From Pseudomonadota bacterium (GTDB taxonomy: Bacteria; Desulfobacterota; Desulfobacteria; Desulfobacterales; JBDRRP01): DNA of 64,000 nt. The notes beneath the pieces were generated by a model. It worked only from the letters and a program-made list of their open reading frames with translations. It did no database searches and was not told the DNA's origin. The stretch spans positions 1 to 64,000 of the forward strand of contig JBDRRP010000108.1 of NCBI GenBank assembly GCA_043825735.1, read 5' to 3'. Within the stretch, counting starts at the first letter, position 1; the number at the start of each line of letters is the position of its first letter. The position numbers and the translations under genes were made by a program. Positions 8,615 through 16,921 of the stretch are shown piece by piece.

Positions 8615-9646
8615 TCATATATCCAGATCTAATAAAGATATGATTTCCTTGTATCTATCGGTCCATGGCCTCAGCGCCGTGATTAATTGCTGGGTCAACC
8701 CCATTTCTTTGGCAAGGTCCCGGACGGACTCCACGACTCCCATAATGACAGTCGCTTTCGACGCGGTTCCGTTATAGCGGATAGCGCCATCGGCATATTC
8801 GAACTCAGCGGCGAATGGGTCGAGGAAATCGTATTTTTCAGCCTTGGAAATGAATTTTTTACGCAACATCGCATGGAATTCACTGCGATAGCGTTTTACT
8901 CCCATGGCCGTTTCCTCGAACACATTGAGAAACTCTTCGAGCATCTGAATATCATCAGGGGCATCTTCGGATTTCTCATCATCAGACGTATTGGCGGATT
9001 CTGCCGGTGTCGCATCTGTAGCCTCTGCGCCATCCGCTCGTGGACTAGGGGATGCGCCCAAGTCGACTTTATACACGCTGAACGTGCCGCCGCCGGAGTC
9101 TGCTTTTTTAAGCAATTCATTCAACAGCGCGGTCTCGGTGCGCAGGTCGTTGTCGAGCCATGCGTAGGTGCCGCCCAGAATATGACCGAAGTTGAGAAAG
9201 ATGCACCCGGTGGACTCAGTGCCGCCGATACAGGCGTCAATATAACCGGTGAGTTTTTCAGAACGCATCTTCTTGATAAGTGCTTTCAGATCGGTGAATT
9301 CAGTGGAAAGATTCGTGTATAGCGGCGTTGCTTCTGCAAGGTTGGCCCAGAAATGCACCATGTCTGAATCGATATGGAAGACCGACACGTTGAAATTGGA
9401 ATTTGGCGCATGATCGATCAGATGCTGGATGGCATCGGGGCCCTTAACGGTGGTGGCCTTGGATTCAAAAATGCCTGACAACGGAATGTGGTCGTCAAAA
9501 AATATCACCCCAGTGGCCGCCGGGGATTGAAACAGGATGCCACCTGATTCGAATTCACCGTTGAAGTGTTCGATGAGTCTATTAATATTCAAGTAGTAGC
9601 TATTCATCCCGGAAATGACGGGCTTGTCCTTAGGAATTACGACCAT
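8615..9646 (-). CDS. Uncharacterised protein with two tandem PATAN/DUF4388/DUF2226-like repeats
   Basis: Internal repeat: PVISGMNSYYLNINRLIEHF..SGGILF..TGVIFFDD vs PLYTNLSTEFTDLKALIKKM..TGYI..TGCIFLNFG. Strong AAGGAGG RBS. Confidence 0.65.
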   Translation of the reverse strand: MVVIPKDKPVISGMNSYYLNINRLIEHFNGEFESGGILFQSPAATGVIFFDDHIPLSGIFESKATTVKGPDAIQHLIDHAPNSNFNVSVFHIDSDMVHFWANLAEATPLYTNLSTEFTDLKALIKKMRSEKLTGYIDACIGGTESTGCIFLNFGHILGGTYAWLDNDLRTETALLNELLKKADSGGGTFSVYKVDLGASPSPRADGAEATDATPAESANTSDDEKSEDAPDDIQMLEEFLNVFEETAMGVKRYRSEFHAMLRKKFISKAEKYDFLDPFAAEFEYADGAIRYNGTASKATVIMGVVESVRDLAKEMGLTQQLITALRPWTDRYKEIISLLDLDI

Positions 9647-9712
9647 TGTATCAGAAACCTCCTTGTTCCAGAATACAGCCTCTTTGTATTTTCAATTGGT
9701 GGCGATATCGAT

Positions 9713-10903
9713 TTAGCGTTTGCGGCGCAGGCGCATGATGGAAAGACGCAAGCTGTCCTGCATTCTGGCAACGGCATCGGCGAGACTGCCGAGCTCATCC
9801 TGCGATTTGATCGTGATCTCTGCGTCCAGTTCTCCGACACTGATGCGATCTGCCACATCGGTGAGCATTTTGATCCGTTTGACCAGGGCGTGCCCGTAGA
9901 AAGTGACGATGGCCCCGATAATAATCAGCGTCGCCAAGGTAATGGCGAAGTTGGTGTTCTTGGTCCGTACCGCTTCCTGGCTGGCAAATTCTTTCATCTG
10001 GTTTAACGGGGCGGTGAACTCGCGAACATAGACGGCCGCAGCGATGCCGTAGTCGGTACCTCGTATCGGCGTCATCACCGCGAACTGTTCCCTTTTGGAT
10101 CCATCCAGATCCTTCCACAGATAGTAGCCTTTTCGGGACAAATTCTGGCCTTTTTCCAGCGGCTCGATGATTTTCTTAAGAAGGTTCCAGTCACTTCCCA
10201 GTGCCGCGCGCATGGACTCGGAAACCTGTTGCCCGTTGAGGCTGCGGTTTGGGTTGGCCAGGATGGTGAATGGCCCTGTTGCGTAGAGGAATGTAAAACC
10301 GGCGGTTCCGACTTTCTGAACGGCAAGACTGTTCAAAATCTGATCGTCGGCGAAGTTTTCCCTCCGGAGTCCCGGGGTGGACTCGAGATATAGCTGCACT
10401 TGGCGGGCAACCGCCTTACTAAGGTCGTCGACATTCTGCTCGGTGAGCGCGGTAACCATCTCAGCGCTTTGGTTGACGAGCGTGGAAACCATCATATTGG
10501 TTTGCCGCTGGGAAAAATAGCCCGATGCGGCCATGATTCCGAGAGGGACGACCAGGAAAAGGACAATCATTTTCGCCCTGAGTCCCAACCCCCGGCGTTT
10601 ATTTTTTGCCGAAGTCTTTATGGACGCTGCGGCGGGTTTATCCATTAGCGACAGCGATTGTTCGAAGGGAGAGATGGGCGCTTCAGCCGTTGTTGATACG
10701 AAGTCATCATCGGCCGACATTACCTCTGGAAGTTCCAGCTCTTCCAATTCATCGGGTGTATCGGCTTCTGTCTTATTGACGATGATAATGAAGCCGCAGT
10801 TTCGGCATTTTGTCTTGGCAACGTCGCCTTTGATATTGCGCAGTTTGTCTTTGGGGATGTGGTATAGCTTTCCGCATTCTTCGCAAATGATGGGTATGGT
10901 CAT
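9713..10903 (-). CDS. Membrane sensor-like protein: zinc ribbon (MJ0042-like) - TM - Cache-like - TM - HAMP, no output domain
   Basis: CEECG..CRNCG; TM1 MIVLFLVVPLGIMAASGYF; VQKVGTAGFTFLY..ANPN Cache-like motif; TM2 FAITLATLIIIGAIVTFYG; HAMP RIKMLTDVADRISVGELD..DELGSLADAVARM; ends RLRRKR. AAGGAG RBS before ATG 10903. Confidence 0.82.
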   Translation of the reverse strand: MTIPIICEECGKLYHIPKDKLRNIKGDVAKTKCRNCGFIIIVNKTEADTPDELEELELPEVMSADDDFVSTTAEAPISPFEQSLSLMDKPAAASIKTSAKNKRRGLGLRAKMIVLFLVVPLGIMAASGYFSQRQTNMMVSTLVNQSAEMVTALTEQNVDDLSKAVARQVQLYLESTPGLRRENFADDQILNSLAVQKVGTAGFTFLYATGPFTILANPNRSLNGQQVSESMRAALGSDWNLLKKIIEPLEKGQNLSRKGYYLWKDLDGSKREQFAVMTPIRGTDYGIAAAVYVREFTAPLNQMKEFASQEAVRTKNTNFAITLATLIIIGAIVTFYGHALVKRIKMLTDVADRISVGELDAEITIKSQDELGSLADAVARMQDSLRLSIMRLRRKR

Positions 10904-10962
10904 TGACTGCAACTCCTTAAGCAATACATCGGTCAGCTAATCAGGATCCCTTACGAGCGAGT

Positions 10963-11715
10963 TCATTCCTCTCCCAGCATGGCTCGGAGTTCCGTTTTAA
11001 GGGCTTCGAACTCGTCTCTGATTACTTTGCGGATTTCCGTTAGCATCGTTTCCATACTGACCAGTTCGTCCGTGGATACCGCGGATGGTCCACTCCCTGA
11101 CGACGGTTGCTTGGTCGACGGCCCTGATGGCGCAATGGGCCTGGATACTTCCGGCGCACGAAAGACAGTATCTGTTTCCGGCTTGGTGTGTCGAATCCGC
11201 TGCTTCAAGCTCTTAAACTGCCGGACTTCATTGGACAGAATTTTCTTTTTTTCGAGATCCGAGATCGTGGCATTCAACAGCACTTGTTCGAACCCGGCGT
11301 AGACCGAATGAAGCATTTTGATGGAGTCGGGGTGAGCTTTGACTTTTTTAACACTGATGTACTTGCCGATGGACCCTAACAACTGGAGAAACATGAACGG
11401 CAGTTTGTCATTTTGGTATATTATCTTTAAACGGTTAATCTCACTGATAAGGCGTTCCAGTGTGGTGTCGGTGATTTCCCAGTCCAGAGACAAAATGGTG
11501 GCATTAAGATCGAGCAACGGGGAATCTGCAGAAGCGGCAGGGGACGGCAGACGCTTTGCGGCGGGAGGATCGTCATGCGCATGCAGATCGTCAATCTCGA
11601 TCATGCCGGTATCGGAATCAGTTTCAGGGACTGCTACGATATCTTCCTGTTCTGAAAACAGATCGTCAAGGCGGTCCTGAAGTTCCGATGATATTTTTTT
11701 TCCGTCGTCCGTCAC
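10963..11715 (-). CDS. Hypothetical helical protein (candidate scaffold)
   Basis: 250-aa ORF 4 nt downstream of mglA. Short N-terminal helix, acidic linker, helical core (LSLDWEITD), Pro/Ser linker and C-terminal coiled helix. Confidence 0.75.
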   Translation of the reverse strand: MTDDGKKISSELQDRLDDLFSEQEDIVAVPETDSDTGMIEIDDLHAHDDPPAAKRLPSPAASADSPLLDLNATILSLDWEITDTTLERLISEINRLKIIYQNDKLPFMFLQLLGSIGKYISVKKVKAHPDSIKMLHSVYAGFEQVLLNATISDLEKKKILSNEVRQFKSLKQRIRHTKPETDTVFRAPEVSRPIAPSGPSTKQPSSGSGPSAVSTDELVSMETMLTEIRKVIRDEFEALKTELRAMLGEE

Positions 11716-11719
11716 CTGT

Positions 11720-12334
11720 TCACCCTTTCGCGTCCAAGCGCTTTTCCAAGGAGGCTACCGTTAAAGAAATGGCCTTTTTCATGGTTTCAACGACATTGTC
11801 TCCCTTTAACGCACTGGCAGGGAAACTGGGGGCTTTCAACTGTCGGTTCAAGTCGTTTTCGAGTACATCCTCCGGCAACAGGGGTATGCCTTCATCCGCA
11901 AGATCGCGTTTGTTGTACTGAAAGACCAATGGTATTTGAAAAATATTCTTGTCGAAGGTGGTGAGATTGTCCTGAAGATCCTTGAGCGCCAGAATATTCA
12001 TTTTTTGCCGCAACGCCATGGAGTCGGCAACGAAAACAATACCGTCGACACCGCGCAGGACCAGTCGGCGCGTGGCCGCATATTTCACCTGACCCGGAAC
12101 AGTATAGAACTGCATTTTAATATTGTACCCTTTGATAACTCCGATATCCATGGGCATGAAATCGAAAAATAACGTACGATCACCGTAAGTCTTGATAGTC
12201 GTCAAGTTACCTTTTATCCGTTTGCGAAACTTGCTGAAAATATATTCCAGGTTGGTGGTCTTGCCGCCTCTGCCTGGCCCGTAATAGACCAGTTTAACCT
12301 GAACTTCTTTTTTCTTCGGGTTGATAAGCGCCAA
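11720..12334 (-). CDS. mglA: MglA-family Ras-like small GTPase
   Basis: KLVYYGPGRGGKTTNL (G1), DRTLFFDF (intrinsic Arg), YTVPGQ (G3), NKRD (G4). TTG start with GAGG RBS. Confidence 0.93.
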   Translation of the reverse strand: MALINPKKKEVQVKLVYYGPGRGGKTTNLEYIFSKFRKRIKGNLTTIKTYGDRTLFFDFMPMDIGVIKGYNIKMQFYTVPGQVKYAATRRLVLRGVDGIVFVADSMALRQKMNILALKDLQDNLTTFDKNIFQIPLVFQYNKRDLADEGIPLLPEDVLENDLNRQLKAPSFPASALKGDNVVETMKKAISLTVASLEKRLDAKG

Positions 12335-12381
12335 CTTAATTACCTCGCATAAATGGCTGAAAAGTGAAAGCGATCAACGGG

Positions 12382-12774
12382 CTACAGCATTTCTCTGATT
12401 TTATTGATGGCTTCAGTCACTTTTAGCCGCAAGAAACCGAGAGACACTTCTTTCCCAAAGATGGTCACCAAAAGAAGGTCGTCTACGACTTTCGAAAAAT
12501 GGATGCTCTCTTTCTCGCCTTTGTGGAACAGCAATGAGAAATCTTCCTCACCGACGATTTTGGCCATGGCACTCACGGCCCCGAAATTCCCTGCGGCGAG
12601 CGCGGCTAGAGAGTAGATATCGTGTTCAATCTTGCCGTCATCTAAGTTAACGATGATGTTGCCGGCGAGATCGATGAGCAGCACACACTGCACACCCAAC
12701 TCCAGAAGTTCTTCTTCCAAGATTGACTCGAGCCGATCGAACTGCTCTTTGGTTAGGTCAACGGTATAGTCCAA
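12382..12774 (-). CDS. mglB: MglB-family Roadblock/LC7 GTPase-activating protein
   Basis: LLIDLAGNII..SLAALAAGNFGAVSAMAKIVGEEDFSLLFHKGEKESIHFS..SLGFLRL is typical of MglB. Directly upstream of mglA. Confidence 0.9.
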   Translation of the reverse strand: MDYTVDLTKEQFDRLESILEEELLELGVQCVLLIDLAGNIIVNLDDGKIEHDIYSLAALAAGNFGAVSAMAKIVGEEDFSLLFHKGEKESIHFSKVVDDLLLVTIFGKEVSLGFLRLKVTEAINKIREML

Positions 12775-12829
12775 CGATCGTACCTCATTCTTGTATTAAG
12801 AGTTTGAGTCATGCTGCCCCAGAAAACAC

Positions 12830-12865
12830 TGACGGCACGGTGCGTATGCCGATTCCGTCCCGTCA
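12830..12865 (-). terminator. Hairpin with U-rich tail in the motB-mglB spacer (possible terminator/attenuator)
   Basis: TGACGGCACGG (12830-40) / CCGTCCCGTCA (12855-65), 10/11 paired. Followed on the minus strand by GTGTTTTCT. Confidence 0.4.
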
Positions 12866-13024
12866 AGGGGGGCGGTGTGAGCAACCGGTTTTTGGGCTCC
12901 AAGGCGACCTTCATCGCCACAGAAATGCCTATCATATTCAAATTGTTAGATCAATACCATTGTTGATGGTATCGCCCAAGTATTACGAGATCCCGGAGTC
13001 GAGTCGGTAGGTGGTGTGACCAGG

Positions 13025-13810
13025 CTAATGGGCAATGGGGCCCTCTGGAACACCGGCCTGAGGAAAGGCGCCAAGAATGATCTCCACGCGGCGGTTCTGC
13101 TGCCGGCCCTGAGTGGTATCATTTTCGGCCAGAGGGCGAAATTCGCCAAAACCCATGGTAGCCAGACGGCTGGGGTCAAGGCCGTTTTTTTGAATGAGGT
13201 ATTCGGCCACGGTGGCAGCCCGGGCAATAGACAGGCCAAGGTTCGATTGGTATCGCCCCCCACGGAGCGGAACATTGTCGGTATGACCGGCGATGATGAT
13301 GCTCTCATTGGTGCTGCGCAAGGCATCACCAATTTTATCCAAGAGCGGCATCATTTCCTGCAAAATCTCTGCTTTGCCGGATTCAAATGTACTTTCTCCC
13401 ATGAGTCGAATGGTGACGTTGTTGTTGTTGACATCCACATCAATCAGATCTTTCATCCCTTTGAAATTGGTTTCAACCGCCTTTTTGAGTTCCCGCCCGA
13501 TTTCCTCACGCATCTGCATGACAACGAATTCTTCCCGCTCTTGGGTTGGAATCAATTCCTGGTCGAAATCCTTGGCGATCATCTTCAACCCTTTGGGGGC
13601 TTCGAAGGCTTTTGTCTTTCGTTGAACACCGAAGGCCTTTGCCAGAGATCCAGCCACTTCTTTGTATTTGGCACGATCCATCTCTGAAAAACTGAGCAAT
13701 AGTACAAAGAAACAAAGCAACAGGCTCATGAGATCGCCAAATGTGACCACCCATTCGGGGGCACCTTCCTGGATAATCGGTGCAGGGCCTTCATTTGATT
13801 GGCTACTCAT
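13025..13810 (-). CDS. motB: Stator subunit B (MotB/PomB-like) with OmpA-like peptidoglycan-binding domain
   Basis: WVVTFGDLMSLLLCFFVLLLSFS TM with conserved Asp; GHTD and NRRVEI motifs. Confidence 0.92.
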   Translation of the reverse strand: MSSQSNEGPAPIIQEGAPEWVVTFGDLMSLLLCFFVLLLSFSEMDRAKYKEVAGSLAKAFGVQRKTKAFEAPKGLKMIAKDFDQELIPTQEREEFVVMQMREEIGRELKKAVETNFKGMKDLIDVDVNNNNVTIRLMGESTFESGKAEILQEMMPLLDKIGDALRSTNESIIIAGHTDNVPLRGGRYQSNLGLSIARAATVAEYLIQKNGLDPSRLATMGFGEFRPLAENDTTQGRQQNRRVEIILGAFPQAGVPEGPIAH

Positions 13811-14591
13811 TGCCGGGACCTCCGGCGGTCGGCTGTTGACCCCACTTTTCGCGTTCTTTGGGAGGCAGGAATATCTTCAGCGATTCCTCGAGCACCAACG
13901 GTGCAACGCCTCTGCTGATACCGATGGCCGCTTCAACGATAATGCGCTTATTGTTTTGCTCTTCCTCACTTCGCAGTTCGAGTTTTTCTGCAATCGGGAT
14001 GCACACCAGATTGGCGATCAGCGCGCCATAAAGCGTCGTGAGCAGTGCGACAGCCATGGAAGGGCCGATACTGGCAGGATCCGACATGCTGGAGAGCATC
14101 TGCACCAGGCCGATCAGGGTTCCGATCATACCGAACGCCGGGGCTGAAGATCCCATCCCCTTGAAAATTTTCTGACCGATGGTATGCCGTGCCACGGTGA
14201 GTTGAATGTCTTTCTTAAGCATGTCTTCAATGAGCCCTTCATCATAGCCGTCCGAAAGATAAGACAGTGCCTTGGCGGAAAAGGGGTCACTGGGCGCTTC
14301 TTTTTCAAGGGCGATCAGCCCTTCCTTTTTGGCGATTCGTGTAAATGAGACCATCTCTCTGATGATCTGTTCAGAAGGGAGCATTTTCACTGTGAAGGCC
14401 TTTATGACGACCTTTATCGTATTGATGACATCACTCATGCTGTGCTTGATAAAGGCTGTGGCGAAAGTGCCACCGACGACGATGAGCAGACTGGGGATGT
14501 TGAAAAATACCATGGCGCTGCCACCGATGATGATGGCTGATAGAACCAGTGCGGTCCCGCTGAATAGTCCAATGATGGTTGCGATATCCAT
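13803..14591 (-). CDS. motA: Stator subunit A (MotA/PomA-like)
   Basis: MDIATIIG, KEGLIALE, APAFGMIGTLIGLVQML, AVALLTTLYGA. Overlaps motB by 8 nt. Confidence 0.92.
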   Translation of the reverse strand: MDIATIIGLFSGTALVLSAIIIGGSAMVFFNIPSLLIVVGGTFATAFIKHSMSDVINTIKVVIKAFTVKMLPSEQIIREMVSFTRIAKKEGLIALEKEAPSDPFSAKALSYLSDGYDEGLIEDMLKKDIQLTVARHTIGQKIFKGMGSSAPAFGMIGTLIGLVQMLSSMSDPASIGPSMAVALLTTLYGALIANLVCIPIAEKLELRSEEEQNNKRIIVEAAIGISRGVAPLVLEESLKIFLPPKEREKWGQQPTAGGPGNE

Positions 14592-14592
14592 G

Positions 14593-15765
14593 CTATCTCC
14601 CTGATGATGATTTGTGCACCGACACGGACTTTTCGATGGTGCCTAACATTGCGTATGTCTTCAGTTTCTCAATGTTTTCGCCTGTAATGACGGTATCCTG
14701 TGGCATAAGGAGCGTGCCGTTTTTGCGGCGGATGCTGCAGGCCAGGAGCATGCCGATCTGCACATCTTCTACGGGGATGACCATGTCGTTTCTTTTTTCT
14801 GCGGCAATGATTCTTTCTGTGTTGATCGTCAGCAACTGGTCCACGATGGCCGATTCCAGCTGATAGCCGCGCTGGCGATTCAGATGGTCCGCAACGTCGG
14901 TGAGCGCAATGCCCCATTTGTTCACGAGGCTGTCGTAGGCCGAGGCGCCGGCGATGATCCTGGCGATTATGGGGATGTCGTTTCCGGACAATCCGTCGGG
15001 AAACCCCCTGCCGTTCACTTGTTCGTGGTGCCTCCTCACCAATTTAGCGACCGGCTGCAGTGCCGGTATTTCGCTCAAAATCATTTCGCCTTGAATGGGG
15101 TGCGTGCGATAGTGGGCGCGCTCGTCACCACTCATCTCCGTTGTGCGTTTACCCAGTGCCGACGAGGACATCCCCACCATACCGATGTCATGGAGCAGGC
15201 CGGTCGCTTCAACTAGATCATAATCAGTCTCATCGACCTCGGGCATGTTGCGGGCAACGATCAACGCTACCTCGGCCACGCGCCGGCAATGGCCACCAAG
15301 ATCTTCGTTGAATACCTCCAGCAGATTTGTGAACATTCGGATGGTCTGGTAGAAGTTGCTCTGGATAACGTCGATGCGTTTGTGAAGCTCCCTTTCAAGG
15401 GTGATGATCCGGCCGCCGATTTCGACACGCGCTCGCAGTTCGTCAAAGTCCAGTGGTTTGACCAGATAGTCGTCGATACCGCCTTCCAGCCCACGGACGA
15501 TATCCTGGCGCGCGTTCTGTGCGCTGACAATGATGAGGTACTGGTATTTGGAACTGCTGGTGTTGCGGATGCGTTGACACAGTTCAAGGCCGTTGAGACC
15601 GGGCATGACCCAGTCTGTGATCACGATGTCCATGTGTCGGGTCTGAGCCAGATCCCAGGCTTCCAAGCCGCCAGGAGCGGTAAATACGGTATGGCCCCAG
15701 GAACTCACATGTTTTTTCATGAGCTGGAGCGTGACCGCGTCATCATCGGCAACTAATATGTTCAT
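14593..15765 (-). CDS. Response regulator with HD-GYP-type phosphodiesterase domain
   Basis: REC (LVADDD, ITDWVMP, VKP); HCRRVA, LLHDIG, HP..G, HHEQVNGRGFPDGL. ATG at 15765. Confidence 0.88.
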   Translation of the reverse strand: MNILVADDDAVTLQLMKKHVSSWGHTVFTAPGGLEAWDLAQTRHMDIVITDWVMPGLNGLELCQRIRNTSSSKYQYLIIVSAQNARQDIVRGLEGGIDDYLVKPLDFDELRARVEIGGRIITLERELHKRIDVIQSNFYQTIRMFTNLLEVFNEDLGGHCRRVAEVALIVARNMPEVDETDYDLVEATGLLHDIGMVGMSSSALGKRTTEMSGDERAHYRTHPIQGEMILSEIPALQPVAKLVRRHHEQVNGRGFPDGLSGNDIPIIARIIAGASAYDSLVNKWGIALTDVADHLNRQRGYQLESAIVDQLLTINTERIIAAEKRNDMVIPVEDVQIGMLLACSIRRKNGTLLMPQDTVITGENIEKLKTYAMLGTIEKSVSVHKSSSGR

Positions 15766-16132
15766 AAGACAATTCCCGCTAAATGAAATATCGGTTAAAA
15801 TGGTTCCGACTTGAGCCGCGAAAGCGCCGTTCACCAGCCGGGGGCGTGCATGACGGGCGCCAAACGGATGACGAAACGGTGTCACATGGCGCAGCCATAC
15901 GCTGGTCTGAGGTCGCGTGGCACGCGATCCGCCAATGCTTCAGGTGTGCCTCAGAATGACAACCGCATGGCTGCGATGCGATCGCGTTCCGAATCAATGC
16001 AAAAATGATACCACACAAAGCTATTGATAATATTCTTGAATGATTGGAAATTTATTACAAGGTGCACCTGTCTGCATTTGAGAAGGACATGTCAAATTAC
16101 TGGCGGAGACGGGAAAGCGAACGGTGGGAGGG

Positions 16133-16921
16133 TTATCTGAACAGTGTCAGATACCAGTGAAACAGTTCATCGCCGTAAAACAGATAAGTAACGGCGCCAA
16201 TGGCAAGAAAAGGTCCGAAGGGGATTCTGAGACGCCCATCGAGGCGTCGTCCGATCGTCATTTGGAGGAGCCCGGCCACGGTACCGGTAACGGATCCAAC
16301 GAAAATGGTCATGATGACGCCTTTCCAGCCGAGAAAGGCGCCGATCATTGCCAGCAGTTTGATGTCGCCGCCCCCCATGCCTTCCTGCTTTTTAATGGCG
16401 ATATACATCCAGGCCACCAGATACAGTGACCCGCCGCCGACCAGGGCACCCAGCAGTGCGTCGACGATTCCCATTTTCGGCAGGATGGCGGCGGAAAGGA
16501 CACCGATCAGAATGCCTGGCAAGGTAATGACATCGAAAATGCGCTGGGTGTCGATATCGATGAAGGTGACAACGATCAGCGCGGCTATGAAGACAAAGTA
16601 CACCAAGGCCGGCAGGGTGACGCCGAATCTGACTACCGTGGCCGCCGCTGCCAGTCCTGTAATGGCTTCCACCAGAGGGTATCGCGGTGAGATCGTCCCG
16701 CGGCAGTGACGGCATTTGCCCATCAGTATCAAGTAGCTTACAATGGGGACGTTGTCGTAGAACCGAATCGGATGGCTGCAGGAAGGGCAATGGGACGGCG
16801 GCCACGCCAAAGAGCGCCCACCGGGAAGTCGGTAGATACAAACGTTGAGAAAACTGCCAATGCAGGCGCCAAAAAGAAATCCAAGGATGGCGAACACCGT
16901 CGTGGGTGGCAGGTACACCAT
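16133..16921 (-). CDS. pilD: Prepilin peptidase/N-methyltransferase
   Basis: GSFLNVCIYRLP, SHCPSC..GKCRHC, FIDID, GMGGGDIKL, IPFGPFL. ATG 16921 with AAGGA RBS. Confidence 0.93.
   Translation of the reverse strand: MVYLPPTTVFAILGFLFGACIGSFLNVCIYRLPGGRSLAWPPSHCPSCSHPIRFYDNVPIVSYLILMGKCRHCRGTISPRYPLVEAITGLAAAATVVRFGVTLPALVYFVFIAALIVVTFIDIDTQRIFDVITLPGILIGVLSAAILPKMGIVDALLGALVGGGSLYLVAWMYIAIKKQEGMGGGDIKLLAMIGAFLGWKGVIMTIFVGSVTGTVAGLLQMTIGRRLDGRLRIPFGPFLAIGAVTYLFYGDELFHWYLTLFR

Noticed and set aside
9647..9730. Frameshifted or truncated histidine kinase/MCP after the HAMP domain
   Set aside because: No kinase or MCP motifs appear in the ORF track downstream, and the next gene begins with its own AAGGAGG RBS. 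Treated as a natural end, pending ortholog comparison.
12775..13024. c-di-GMP or cyclic-GAMP (GEMM) riboswitch upstream of mglB
   Set aside because: No GEMM consensus elements recognised; only a simple hairpin.
13025..14591. motAB as a Zorya (ZorAB) anti-phage system
   Set aside because: MotA is 262 aa with canonical PomA/MotA motifs and no long ZorA tail; no zorC/D/E-like genes nearby.
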